Source: Candidatus Moanibacter sp. (GTDB lineage: Bacteria > Verrucomicrobiota > Verrucomicrobiia > Opitutales > UBA2987). Taken from it: a stretch of DNA of 64,000 bases. The stretch is taken from positions 74,104 through 138,103 of the forward strand of contig CBDDCD010000001.1 of the NCBI GenBank assembly GCA_965226025.1. The letters are read 5' to 3'. The number at the start of each line of letters is the position of its first letter. Position 1 is the first letter of the stretch. This document shows, piece after piece, positions 44,694-54,799 of this stretch. The notes under the pieces were generated by a model that did not search any database, had not been told where the DNA came from, and worked only from the letters and a program-made list of their open reading frames with translations. A program made the translations under genes and the position numbers.

Positions 44694-44788
44694 GGGCGAC
44701 CCACCCTAAACCCCTCCCAGGAGGGGATTTTCCAGAATCGGAGCTAAACTGTTAGATCCCCTCCTGGAAAGGGTAGGGGGTGGGTTGC
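44694..44788. repeat. inverted pair of REP-like 'CCCACCC..CCCCTCC..GGAGGGG' elements
   Basis: Copies lie at 44694-44727 (forward) and 44757-44788 (reverse), between convergent genes. Confidence 0.65.
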
Positions 44789-44793
44789 ACTAA

Positions 44794-45981
44794 TCACCTC
44801 GCTGCTAGACCCATCGCTCCCAGCGTCTCATAGCAAGCGGCCAGCGGGTGATAGTCCGTCTTGGAGGCCGGACTCTTCAGGTCGTCATACTTTTGATTGT
44901 CGGCATTCAAGATTCGGTACCATCCGCCGTACTCATGATCCACGAAATGTCGATCGGAGAATGACCAAGTTTTGTCGTACCAATCCCAATAAACCGGATC
45001 ACCGGTTCTAAGGGCCAGAAGGGCGGCGGCGGCAAAGGTTTCGGACAAGACCCAGTAGTACCGATCGGTGTCGAGGATACGCCCATCGGGCGAAAAGGTG
45101 TAATGCATTCCCCCCTTTTGGTCATCCCAACTCTTTTCCAGGGCGACGTCGAAAAGGCTACGGGCGTGCTCCAACATCCAGTCTTCCGGGCGGTAGCGCT
45201 CCAGAATGAGCAGCAGCTTGGCCCATTCCGTAAAATGACCCAGTAGATAGCCGTAGGGCTTGAACAGATTTTTTGGATCGTCCTTGTTGTAATCCCAATC
45301 GTGGGACCAATCGGTCTGGTAGTGTTCCCAGATCAATCCGTCCGCTTTCTCGGCCAAATCGACGCAAATACGTTTGGCCAAAAGGTGGGCCCGGTCCAGG
45401 AACTTCACTTCATTCGTGGCCTCAAAGGCTAACAGCATCGCCTCGCACATATGCATATTGGAGTTCTGGCCGCGGTAGGGCTCAATCGCATGCCAGCCGC
45501 CGGCCGCGATCTCATCGACATAGAGTTCGGCATCCGGCTCCCAGAAACGCTCCTCCAGTAGATCGTAGACCTGAGAGGCAAGCGCGGCGGCACCCCCAAC
45601 ACCGGCTTTTGTGGCGCCCGCGGCAGCAACCAAGGTAAAGGCGTGCCCGTAGCAATGGCGCGTATCGTCTTCGACCTCGCGACCCTGCAGGACCCAGGCG
45701 AAGGCGCCGTCGGGTTGTCGGTGCACCTCCTGGAGGAAACGCAAGCCGTGGGCCGCAGCCTCCTGGTAGGCCGAATCGTTCAGGACCAGGTAGGCCAGCG
45801 AATAGTTGTAGATGAAGCGGCACGTGCCAACAAGATGCTTCGTCTTCCGATCGAAGATCGAGCCGTCATCGCGGAGCTGGTTGATGTAGCCGCCGAACTC
45901 GTTATCGATACAGACCGGATGGTAGAACGAGATGATGCGCCGGATATGATCGCGCAGAAATTCAGATTCACGGTAAGACAT
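44794..45981 (-). CDS. N-acylglucosamine 2-epimerase (AGE) superfamily protein
   Basis: 'FYHPVCIDNEFGGY' with repeated alpha/alpha-barrel W/H motifs. The start is set at Met49 ('MSYRESEF') of the tracked ORF. Confidence 0.78.
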   Translation of the reverse strand: MSYRESEFLRDHIRRIISFYHPVCIDNEFGGYINQLRDDGSIFDRKTKHLVGTCRFIYNYSLAYLVLNDSAYQEAAAHGLRFLQEVHRQPDGAFAWVLQGREVEDDTRHCYGHAFTLVAAAGATKAGVGGAAALASQVYDLLEERFWEPDAELYVDEIAAGGWHAIEPYRGQNSNMHMCEAMLLAFEATNEVKFLDRAHLLAKRICVDLAEKADGLIWEHYQTDWSHDWDYNKDDPKNLFKPYGYLLGHFTEWAKLLLILERYRPEDWMLEHARSLFDVALEKSWDDQKGGMHYTFSPDGRILDTDRYYWVLSETFAAAALLALRTGDPVYWDWYDKTWSFSDRHFVDHEYGGWYRILNADNQKYDDLKSPASKTDYHPLAACYETLGAMGLAAR

Positions 45982-46299
45982 GCTAACGGCGTCAGGCAAT
46001 TGGTCGAAGACATCGAAATCTACATGGCCGAAAGGAACCTGAACTCCAAGCCCTACAGATGGAAGGCAAAGGGAGAGGAAATCCTGGGCAAAATCCAACG
46101 CGCAAAAAATGCCTTGGAAAAGCAACAGGAAGTAAACACATAATTTGGCTTAATTATCGGACGTCACACTACGGACCCGGTGAAGTCGAGGTGATACCTT
46201 ATCATTTTGGGACTCGCTACCGCCATTCCAGAGTCCAACTTCAGGGCTTTCAGAAAGAGCCACAAGATCCCCTCCATAGCCCCTACGGCATCCTCACCC

Positions 46300-46342
46300 T
46301 GTGACAAATAAATCGACGGCCGTCGATTTATTTGTCACATTG
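46300..46342. promoter_or_regulatory. 40-bp perfect palindrome 'TGTGACAAATAAATCGACGG|CCGTCGATTTATTTGTCACA' upstream of the PaaX-like regulator
   Basis: It lies in a divergent promoter region. The centre is 29 nt upstream of ATG 46348. The core is identical to 39226-39263. Confidence 0.6.
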
Positions 46343-46347
46343 ATGAT

Positions 46348-47154
46348 ATGGATTGGGTTCCGTTTCACCATCCGGATATTTCTCTACCGGTTCTACAGCG
46401 GCGACTCAGTGAGGAATTGCTGGACGTTTTGTCCATCCTTGGAAGCCCTTCGCCTCTAATAATGTTGGGGCGGATGCAATCCAGCTACCCTTCGCGAAGA
46501 GCCTATGATCGGGCCATCGATCGACTGAGGAGGAAGGGATTTATCGCCTACCGACGGGAAAAGGGACTGGATCCTGTTCTCGAACTGACGGCGGAAGGGA
46601 AGGCCCGGAGGCCGGAAGCCCTGCGACCAGGGAGACATTGGGACAAGAGTTGGAATGGGATTTGGTACGTCTTGGTCTATGATGTTTCTGAATCCAACCG
46701 GAGGTATCGGGAGGTCCTGCGGGTGCTTCTTCGTAAATTGCACATGGGTTGTCTCCAGGGAAGTGTCTGGGTCACACCCAATGACATCCGTCCTGATTAC
46801 GATGATTTGGATCGATCGGCCGGACTCGGAGGCTATGCCTTTCTGTTCGAATCACGGACTGTCCTTGGCCAACCTGCGGAAGATATTGTGGATCAAGCTT
46901 GGGACTTCGATCGCATTGAAGAAGCGCAGAAGTTCTATCAGCAAGTATTTGCGGAGAACCTAAGGCGCCTGAAAAACGCCACAGTCTCCAAGGAGGAGAT
47001 TGTAGATCTCGCTCGAAAGGAAATTGATGCTTACCTGTCCGTGATGAAACACGACCCTCTCCTCCCTCGTGACCTGTGGCCGGCGGGATACATGGGAGAA
47101 GAGATTTTCCTAATTCACCAGGAGTTCATAAGATTCGCCCGCGGGCGAATCTAG
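46348..47154 (+). CDS. PaaX-family transcriptional regulator
   Basis: 'WNGIWYVLVYDVSESNRRYREVLRVLLRKLHMGCLQGSVWVTPND' is typical of the PaaX middle domain. Confidence 0.68.
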   Translation: MDWVPFHHPDISLPVLQRRLSEELLDVLSILGSPSPLIMLGRMQSSYPSRRAYDRAIDRLRRKGFIAYRREKGLDPVLELTAEGKARRPEALRPGRHWDKSWNGIWYVLVYDVSESNRRYREVLRVLLRKLHMGCLQGSVWVTPNDIRPDYDDLDRSAGLGGYAFLFESRTVLGQPAEDIVDQAWDFDRIEEAQKFYQQVFAENLRRLKNATVSKEEIVDLARKEIDAYLSVMKHDPLLPRDLWPAGYMGEEIFLIHQEFIRFARGRI

Positions 47155-47418
47155 TCAGCGCGGTCGCTGACCACGCTAGAGCATCAAACCAATGTGACAG
47201 TCAATCGGCAATGTAGCCTTGGTCGTGAGGGACTACGTGGAGAGACTAAGTGTTGCGGACGAAGTGTGGGGACTAAATGTGAGTATTCTGAACACTGAAA
47301 CCTGAAATCCGAAACCTATAAACTCCTTTCGACTTTTGATCCGGACTGGACGCTTCAGAATCTGTTCAAGTGACCGAGTCTTGACGGATTGTAGAACAGA
47401 GCCGGCGACATTAATTCG

Positions 47419-48933
47419 CTAGGACTCTTTGCTTAGCAAGTCCTTGGCGCATATCAGCAGATTGGCGGCCAGACCGATAATACCGGCGTGAAAGCCCCAC
47501 AGGGTCTTGTAGTTTTGTTGGGCAATGCCGAGCGACGCTGCAAAGGTGAGTCCGAGGCTGATCAGGCAGCCAACGAGAATCCCCGCCAAGACCGTGTGCC
47601 CTCGCAATTTTCCCCAGTAGCAGCCTAGAAAGAAAGCGGGGACGCACTGTACCAGCATCTCGAATTTGATTTCGATCAGCCGGATGAGATTTCCCTGGTA
47701 TTCGAGTGCGAACCAAACCAGGGGAAGGATCAATATCCAGACCGCCAACCTGCCCACAAGAGTCAGATGACGCTCGCTTGAATCCGGTTTGAGGTAGGGT
47801 TTGTAGATATCATGGATCACCATGGAGCTGATACTCAGAATGGCCGAATCGGCGGTCGACATGATGGCGGTTAGCACGGCCGCGAAAATAGCGACGACAA
47901 GCCAGTATCCCAGCGTGGAACTCTGCATCACCTGAAGGCACAGCAGGGGAAGGACGGTTTCCGAAATATTGACGTTTCGAGGCGTTTCCCCGGCCTGGTC
48001 TAACCTATCCAACCCGGGATGGTAGGCGGCCATGATGATTCCAAGCGTGACGACAACCAGAGTGGTTACCAGCGGCATGAACGCCATAACGGACAGAGAT
48101 TTCTTCAGGACCTGCACGCTCCCGGCAGCGTAGATGCGTTGAATTGCTTGAGGGTAAATCGCGCCACCGAATCCAACCAGGAGGATGAAGCTGAGCCAGT
48201 AGCGACAGCCTGACGGGTCGGGGCGGGCGATTTTGTGCGCGGTCTCCGGATTCTCAGCGAGGATGGCCACCGCCTCCGGAAAGGTGCCTACTTCGATCAA
48301 GGTGAGCACTAGAATGAGGGCGAACCCAAAGAGAAGAATGACACCCTGAATCGCATCCGTCCAAGCAACGCTGCGCATCCCTCCCAATGTTTCATAAGCC
48401 AGCATCACTACCGCGAGACCGACCACCCCGACCCACATGGGTATGCGACCCTGAGAAATCCCATCAAATGCCGTTCCCAGGGCCTTCATTTGTGCAATCA
48501 CAAAATTGCATAGCACAAACAGCATGATCAGAGTCACGATGAGCTGAAGAGTTCGATGGTTGAAGCGCTGGGCGATGAAATCTGCCGGCGTGACAAACTC
48601 ATGCTCGCGGCTGAGCCTGAAAAGCGCCGGGGCATAGAGCAGGTAGGCAACCACGATGGCGGTCATGAAGTGAAGACAGACCAGAAAGCCCAGGCCGTTT
48701 CGATAAGTGGCGCCGCTGAAACCGAACAGGGTGTTGCCGCTGTATTGAGTCGCGTAAAGGGTGAGGAGCAAGACCAGGAAACCCATGCCTCGGCCCGCCA
48801 GATAGAAATCGCTCGGGCTCTCTTCCTGTCGCTTGAGATAGCCCAGGTACCCGACCCCAAGCAGACTCAATACGTAGATGCCCACTACCCCAAGCGCGCC
48901 CGGGCCAAAGGGGAGACTCTCAATCAGATTCAT
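47419..48933 (-). CDS. sodium:solute symporter (SSS) family transporter
   Basis: About 13 hydrophobic segments, plus 'FYLAGRGMG' and 'GGMRSVAWTDAIQG'. The start is set at 'MNLIESL'. Confidence 0.85.
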   Translation of the reverse strand: MNLIESLPFGPGALGVVGIYVLSLLGVGYLGYLKRQEESPSDFYLAGRGMGFLVLLLTLYATQYSGNTLFGFSGATYRNGLGFLVCLHFMTAIVVAYLLYAPALFRLSREHEFVTPADFIAQRFNHRTLQLIVTLIMLFVLCNFVIAQMKALGTAFDGISQGRIPMWVGVVGLAVVMLAYETLGGMRSVAWTDAIQGVILLFGFALILVLTLIEVGTFPEAVAILAENPETAHKIARPDPSGCRYWLSFILLVGFGGAIYPQAIQRIYAAGSVQVLKKSLSVMAFMPLVTTLVVVTLGIIMAAYHPGLDRLDQAGETPRNVNISETVLPLLCLQVMQSSTLGYWLVVAIFAAVLTAIMSTADSAILSISSMVIHDIYKPYLKPDSSERHLTLVGRLAVWILILPLVWFALEYQGNLIRLIEIKFEMLVQCVPAFFLGCYWGKLRGHTVLAGILVGCLISLGLTFAASLGIAQQNYKTLWGFHAGIIGLAANLLICAKDLLSKES

Positions 48934-49171
48934 GGTTGTCGTTGGACCTCTCCTCTTCGGAATCCGGCCAGGAACAGAAAATAACAAAGGTGGCAAAAAG
49001 GCTCAGGAGGACACTCATGAAAACCGCGAATGCAGCCCAGGTGGGGACTCCAAAAATGAGCCCTTCGATCGGCCACATGGGAATCAGCCCGGCGAGCAGG
49101 AGGAGGAATGCGACCCATACCCATGGTCTCTGGGCAGGATCGCGATTGTTGGGGGCGGAGTTTTGATTCAT
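48920..49171 (-). CDS. DUF3311-like small membrane protein accompanying the SSS transporter
   Basis: 83 aa with 2 TM. It lies immediately upstream of the symporter gene and overlaps its start. Confidence 0.6.
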   Translation of the reverse strand: MNQNSAPNNRDPAQRPWVWVAFLLLLAGLIPMWPIEGLIFGVPTWAAFAVFMSVLLSLFATFVIFCSWPDSEEERSNDNHESD

Positions 49172-49787
49172 TTGCTATTGGTGGATGATAATTGAACCGG
49201 CGGATTGGCGGAAAGGTAAGAATCATCACTATTGGGTATGGTGGCGGAGAGCTTCAAGTGCCGAAATCAGGTTCGGCCTTTTAGGAGAGTAGGGAGATTG
49301 CAAATCTGCCCCACGGGATTCGCCCCATTGATATCGGAGTCTTCTATGTTCGTCCCTCAAGGGTGAGAGAGGTTCTGATGATAATCGACCGATATGGAAC
49401 CGGTCAGTCTGAAATTCCTCCAAACTGAGATTGAAATGACGACGGGTGCTCCTTTCATCAACCCAGCTTGGGAATGAAACCTTACGAACTATGATTCGTA
49501 AGGTTTCTGAATAATTAGTACCTCCGGCAGCGGTAGTGTCGAGAAACCTGAGTCCTCCCCCAGGCTCCTCCTGGGGATGATTAGGTTCCTTTTGAACTGA
49601 ATTGTTTAGCTCGCCGGATCAATCAAGGGCGAAACGGTCGGCGTCCACTAAGACGAAGAGCTGTCCTCCAGCTGAACGGTATTTCGAATCAGCCGAGAAT
49701 TCCCACGTTAGGTAGCGAATACCTTGCTCCCCATCCGTTGCCGTGCTTTCATCCGCTGCCATTAAAACAATCCCAACTTCCAGTCCA

Positions 49788-50414
49788 ATGTTCTCCAGAA
49801 CGATAGACGATAAGACCCACGTAAGTCTCGCTGTTCCGCAATTCGCGGATGAGCTATTCAGGCTTACCGATAAGAATCGCGCCTTCCTGCGGCGTTGGCT
49901 CCCCTGGCTGGATGGCGTAAAGAAGGCTGGGGATACCGAGAGCTTCATAAAAGGTGAGCTGGCCAAGTTCGCCCGTGGCGAAGCTCTGACCGAGACGGTT
50001 TTGCACGAGGGACGTATCGCCGGCGTCCTGGGATTCAACTCGATTGAGCGATCCAACCGAATCGGATACATCGGCTATTGGCTAGGCGAGGAGTTCAATG
50101 GACGTGGCATTATGACGGCGTGCGTGCGGGATCTCATCAGCTTGGGAACGGAGTACTATTCGTTAGAGAGGTTCGATATTCGATGCGCGGTCCAGAATGA
50201 AAAGAGTAGGGCGATACCGGAAAGGCTGAGGTTTTCGGAGGAATGCACGCTCCGGAGAGCTGAGAAAGTAAACGACAGTTGGTACGATCACGTGGTCTAT
50301 GGGCTCCTTGTAAATCAACACAACGAAGAAGGCAGTTCAAGTGGCAAAGGAGACGCACGCAGAAATGAGCATCAACATCCAACGCTCAACGTCCAACATC
50401 CAACGTCGAAGTGA
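49788..50414 (+). CDS. GNAT family N-acetyltransferase (RimJ/RimL-like)
   Basis: 'IGYWLGEEFNGRGIMT' is acetyl-CoA motif A. The last ~15 codons run into the 50371-50407 repeat. Confidence 0.78.
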   Translation: MFSRTIDDKTHVSLAVPQFADELFRLTDKNRAFLRRWLPWLDGVKKAGDTESFIKGELAKFARGEALTETVLHEGRIAGVLGFNSIERSNRIGYIGYWLGEEFNGRGIMTACVRDLISLGTEYYSLERFDIRCAVQNEKSRAIPERLRFSEECTLRRAEKVNDSWYDHVVYGLLVNQHNEEGSSSGKGDARRNEHQHPTLNVQHPTSK

Positions 50415-50541
50415 GGAGAGTCGGCTTTCTATGTTGGATCGCGGAATCCCTACCGTGATGAAGACAGATAGATCGGGGCCGCTCGAGAACGACTGCTGTG
50501 ATTCTTGGTTCTTGTCCATCGACTTCTAGAAATCGTCTAGG

Positions 50542-52311
50542 ATGTTATCTGACCCAGACCCCGGTGCACGCGTACCGCTTCGGCATTACGCTTCGCTTCT
50601 AGCCCGCTATCTGGCTCCCTACAAGGGGCGGGTTGGGCTCCTGGCTGTGAGCATGCTCACAGGGATCGGGCTAAACCTCCTCAACCCACAGATTTTTCGC
50701 TATTTCATCGACACAGCGACAACAGACGGACCCCTCGAGCATCTCGTCTGGGCGGGGTTCGCCTTTCTTGGCCTCGGAATTGGTCGGCAGATCGTCCAAG
50801 TCGTTAGTTCCTATCTCGGCCAGGATGTGGGCTGGCGAGCTACTAACGAGATGCGCAACAATCTTGCCCTCCATTGTCTGAAACTTGACATGGGGTTCCA
50901 CCACCAGCGAACTCCGGGCGAAATGATGGAGAGAGTGGACGGCGACACGACCGCGCTCTCCAGTTTCTTTTCTCAGTTCGTCATTCAAGTGTTGGGAGGT
51001 GCGATTTTGCTCTTCGGTGTGCTGGTCCTGGTATTTTTCGAGGATTGGCGGGTGGGTGCGGCGCTAACCTTATTTTCGGCTATTGCATTCGTGGTCCTCA
51101 ATCTCACCCGGAACATCGCTGTTCCCATCTATACGGCCGAGAGGGAGGGCTATGCTCGGCTCTTCGGATTCCTTGAAGAGCGGCTCGTTGGCCTTGAGGA
51201 CATACGGACGTGCGGCGCCGCTGACTACGCCGTAAACCGATTCCACAGCGTCAACAACGAAGTATTTAAACGCGTCAAGAAATCGGAACTCATGAACGAG
51301 CTGCTGCGTGCCATTACCGGCATAATGTACGTCCTCGGGTTTGCCCTAGCCATGGGAATGGGCATCTGGCTCTACCGAGAAGGAATCTTCACCATTGGCG
51401 GCGTATTTCTGATCGTCCACTACTCTACGATGCTTCACGAACCGCTCTTCCAGATTAGCCGGCAGATCAACGAACTGCAGCGGGCCACCGCCGGTCTTAA
51501 ACGAATCGAAGAGCTTCATCGTATTGAGACCAAAGTTCGACCGGGCCACGAGAGATTGACAACGAGACATCCCTTCGGCGTCCAGTTCAATCACGTCACC
51601 TTCTCCTACAACCCCGGAGAGTTGGTCCTCGACGACGTCGATCTTACGATCAATCCCGGCGAGACATTGGGACTGCTCGGAAGAACGGGCAGCGGCAAGA
51701 CGACCCTGACACGTCTCCTCTTCCGACTTCACGACATCAAGGAGGGTGACATTCGGATCGGCCAACAGTCGATCCGTGATGTCCGAGTCGAGGAGCTGCG
51801 CCGCAACGTCGGATTGGTTACGCAGGACGTACAGCTTTTCAACGCTTCCCTGCGCCAGAACCTGACCCTTTTCCAACCGGGAATATCCGATCTGAAGATT
51901 ATCTCAATATTGAGAGATCTGGGCCTTGGAAACTGGTTTGAATCCCTATCGAACGGGCTCGACAGCGAGCTCATTTCCGGGAGTAGCGGTCTCTCTGCGG
52001 GCGAGGCTCAGCTCCTTGCTTTCACCCGTATCTTCCTCAAAGATCCGGGGCTGGTCATTCTCGACGAACCCTCCTCGAGGCTCGATCCCACAACCGAGCG
52101 AACAATAAATCTGGCTGTCGAGCGGCTCCTCGAGAACAGGACGGGTATCATTATCGCCCACCGCCTTGAAACCGTAGAGAGGGTCGACCGCATCCTCATC
52201 CTGGAGAGTGGACGCATTCAGGAGCATGGACGGCGCTCAGACCTGGCGGCGGATCCGAACTCTCAATTCTCGAGGCTGTTGCAGACAGGATTGGAGGAAC
52301 TGACTGTATGA
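50542..52311 (+). CDS. ABC exporter, fused permease/ATPase subunit 1
   Basis: Six-TM N-terminal half, Walker A 'GRTGSGKTT', signature 'LSAGEAQ' and Walker B 'LVILDE'. Confidence 0.88.
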   Translation: MLSDPDPGARVPLRHYASLLARYLAPYKGRVGLLAVSMLTGIGLNLLNPQIFRYFIDTATTDGPLEHLVWAGFAFLGLGIGRQIVQVVSSYLGQDVGWRATNEMRNNLALHCLKLDMGFHHQRTPGEMMERVDGDTTALSSFFSQFVIQVLGGAILLFGVLVLVFFEDWRVGAALTLFSAIAFVVLNLTRNIAVPIYTAEREGYARLFGFLEERLVGLEDIRTCGAADYAVNRFHSVNNEVFKRVKKSELMNELLRAITGIMYVLGFALAMGMGIWLYREGIFTIGGVFLIVHYSTMLHEPLFQISRQINELQRATAGLKRIEELHRIETKVRPGHERLTTRHPFGVQFNHVTFSYNPGELVLDDVDLTINPGETLGLLGRTGSGKTTLTRLLFRLHDIKEGDIRIGQQSIRDVRVEELRRNVGLVTQDVQLFNASLRQNLTLFQPGISDLKIISILRDLGLGNWFESLSNGLDSELISGSSGLSAGEAQLLAFTRIFLKDPGLVILDEPSSRLDPTTERTINLAVERLLENRTGIIIAHRLETVERVDRILILESGRIQEHGRRSDLAADPNSQFSRLLQTGLEELTV

Positions 52312-54062
52312 ATCGACCTATGTCCATGCGGCAGACGACCTGGAGGCTCTTGAAGTTCCGGCCTCTTCTCTTCCTGTCGACCATCTTCTTTCGAGGTATC
52401 GACGACGTCGCACCTTTCCTGGCCGGACTCATTCTGAAGGGCTTTTTCGATGCTCTAACCGGTCAAGCAGAAGCGGGATTCACTGCCGTCACCTTCGTCG
52501 CCCTTTTTGTTGCAGTCGAATTGGGGGATCGCGTCGCTCTTTTCGGGTCCGCTTTCACCTGGCCGCGCTGGTGGTACTCGATCGAGACGCTGTTGAGGCG
52601 CAACCTCATGACCGCCATTCTAGAGGTTCGAGACCCCAATCGCGTATCGGCGTCTTCGGGAGAAGTAACCAATCGTTTTCGCGACGACGTCAGTGGAATC
52701 ATCTACTACTTAAACCAATATATCCACTTGTGGGGCAATCTGATCTTCGCAGTCCTCGCCATCCGCTACATGGCCGGTATCGATCCCGGTATCACCCTCG
52801 TAACTATCGTCCCTGCCATATGCGTGGTCATTATCGTGGATGCATGTCGGAAACTGATCCATAGGTACCGCATCGCTCAACGCGTCGCCACGGAGCGGGC
52901 CACCAACTTGATCAATGAGATGTTTCAGTCGGTCCTCGCCATAAAGGTGGCCACCGCGGAGACCGATGTCGTGAAGCATTTTCGCGGACTAAATGACCAG
53001 CGCCGCAAATCTACTTTGATCGACAACATTTTCAATGAGGTGCTCCAGTCCATCAATGCGAACCTGGGACATATCGCAACCGGAGTGATCCTCATTCTGG
53101 TTGCGCAGAAAATGAAATCTGGAAGCTTCACGGTCGGCGACATGGCCCTCTTTGCGACCTACGTCGGTCAGGTTGCGCGAAGCGGTTCCCTTCTTGGCAC
53201 ACTCCTCGCCCAACATAAAAGGGCGGAGGTCTCCTACGAGCGTATGACGAACACAATCGAGGAGATTCCCCGCCATCGTCTCTCGGATGACGCACCTCTC
53301 TACCTGACCGAATCGCCGCCGCCTATGCTAGAAGGATGGGATCGGTTGCGGGAGCTCGTGGTCGAAGGGATCAGATATACCTATCCGGAGTCGAGCGTCG
53401 GCATTGCTGATATCTCGTTTCGACTACCCGTAGGATCCTTCACTGTAATTACCGGTCAGATCGGCGCCGGCAAGACGACCTTGCTTCGTTCCATTCTCGG
53501 AACCCTCCCTCTCGAAACAGGCGCGGTCAAATGGAACGGTCAGACGATTGACGACCCGAAGACCTTTCTCACGCCTCCACGATGCGCCTACACTTCTCAG
53601 ATACCACATCTCTTCAGTGAATCTTTGCGCGATAACATACTTCTGGGTCTGCCTGACGATTCCTTAGCTCTGGACAGGGCGCTTCATCACGGTGTCATGG
53701 AGAAGGAGGTCTCGTCGCTCGAGGAGGGTCTCGACTCGATCGTGGGTCCGCGCGGTGTAAAACTCTCCGGTGGCCAGATTCAACGCGCCGCCGCCGCGCG
53801 GATGTTTATCCGGGATGCAGACCTTCTCGTCTTTGACGACCTGTCATCCGCTCTCGACGTCGAAACCGAACGAATTCTGTGGACCCGCTTATTCGAGCGG
53901 CGCCAGGCCACATGCTTGGTCGTCTCCCACCGAAGGCCGGTCCTCCGCCGGGCCGATCAAATCGTGGTCCTAAAGAACGGGAGAGTGGACTCCGTCGGCA
54001 CTTTGGATGAACTGCTCGAAGCGTCCATAGAAATGAGAGCGCTGTGGAATGTGGACGCCTAG
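52308..54062 (+). CDS. ABC exporter, fused permease/ATPase subunit 2
   Basis: Walker A 'GQIGAGKTT', 'LSGGQIQR' and 'LLVFDD'. A 4-nt ATGA overlap joins it to subunit 1. Confidence 0.88.
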   Translation: MNRPMSMRQTTWRLLKFRPLLFLSTIFFRGIDDVAPFLAGLILKGFFDALTGQAEAGFTAVTFVALFVAVELGDRVALFGSAFTWPRWWYSIETLLRRNLMTAILEVRDPNRVSASSGEVTNRFRDDVSGIIYYLNQYIHLWGNLIFAVLAIRYMAGIDPGITLVTIVPAICVVIIVDACRKLIHRYRIAQRVATERATNLINEMFQSVLAIKVATAETDVVKHFRGLNDQRRKSTLIDNIFNEVLQSINANLGHIATGVILILVAQKMKSGSFTVGDMALFATYVGQVARSGSLLGTLLAQHKRAEVSYERMTNTIEEIPRHRLSDDAPLYLTESPPPMLEGWDRLRELVVEGIRYTYPESSVGIADISFRLPVGSFTVITGQIGAGKTTLLRSILGTLPLETGAVKWNGQTIDDPKTFLTPPRCAYTSQIPHLFSESLRDNILLGLPDDSLALDRALHHGVMEKEVSSLEEGLDSIVGPRGVKLSGGQIQRAAAARMFIRDADLLVFDDLSSALDVETERILWTRLFERRQATCLVVSHRRPVLRRADQIVVLKNGRVDSVGTLDELLEASIEMRALWNVDA

Positions 54063-54253
54063 GAATCTGTCGGTTCTGAGTTTCGAATCTATTATTGTGA
54101 GCGTAATTTACTTGCTCGTTCAGGCATTTCTTGGTGTCGAGCACCGACATCTTCGCCGCCCCGATGTCCGGTCCGAATGTCGATTTGTCTCGTCTTTAGT
54201 TCGACCATTGAGAGTATCCCGCTTTTTCATCAGAAGACTTATACAATGCGACT

Positions 54254-54673
54254 ATGAATACCCTGGAGATCGTCCACGATTTCCAGGGTATTCAGGAGGG
54301 AATCGAGACAATGGAAAAGGCAACATTAAGTCGTGCCGACCAAGCTAAGACGGTCCCGTTTGACTGGGGAACACTGACGTGGTTTGCAAATGCGGAAATT
54401 GGGAACTCAACCGATATGACGGTGGGGAAGTGCGTTTTGAAGCCTGGCCAGGAGAATCCGCTTCATCGACATCCCAATTGCTCGGAAATGCTGGTCGTCC
54501 TTCAGGGTACGATTGAGCATGTCATAGAAGAGGGACGCGAAGTACGGATGGGTCCCGGCGACTGCATCAACCTGCCTGTCAATCTTCCCCACAGAGCGCG
54601 CAATGTCGGTTCCGATGATGCGCTTCTGATGATCTCGTTCTCGTCAGCTTATCGAGAAACGGTTGAAGTTTAG
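54254..54673 (+). CDS. cupin domain protein
   Basis: 'G..NPLHRHPNCSEMLVVLQG' and 'PHRARN' are cupin motifs 1 and 2. Confidence 0.75.
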   Translation: MNTLEIVHDFQGIQEGIETMEKATLSRADQAKTVPFDWGTLTWFANAEIGNSTDMTVGKCVLKPGQENPLHRHPNCSEMLVVLQGTIEHVIEEGREVRMGPGDCINLPVNLPHRARNVGSDDALLMISFSSAYRETVEV

Positions 54674-54799
54674 GAAATTGGGATACGGGGCAACGTTCCT
54701 TACCTACCCTGTTGGAACCGCTTCCATTCCGGCCCAAGTTGTCGCTGATCTGGAGATCCCACTACTGCCCGGCGAATTCCATACCCAGTAGGCAGTAAT

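Noticed and set aside
45982-46125. The N-terminal 48-aa extension of the AGE epimerase ORF, and the similar upstream extensions of 38277, 40225, 43620, 48996, 49743 and 56503.
   Set aside because: The extensions are non-conserved-looking or overlap neighbouring genes. Internal ATGs give N-termini typical of the families, or a signal peptide in the case of 43683.
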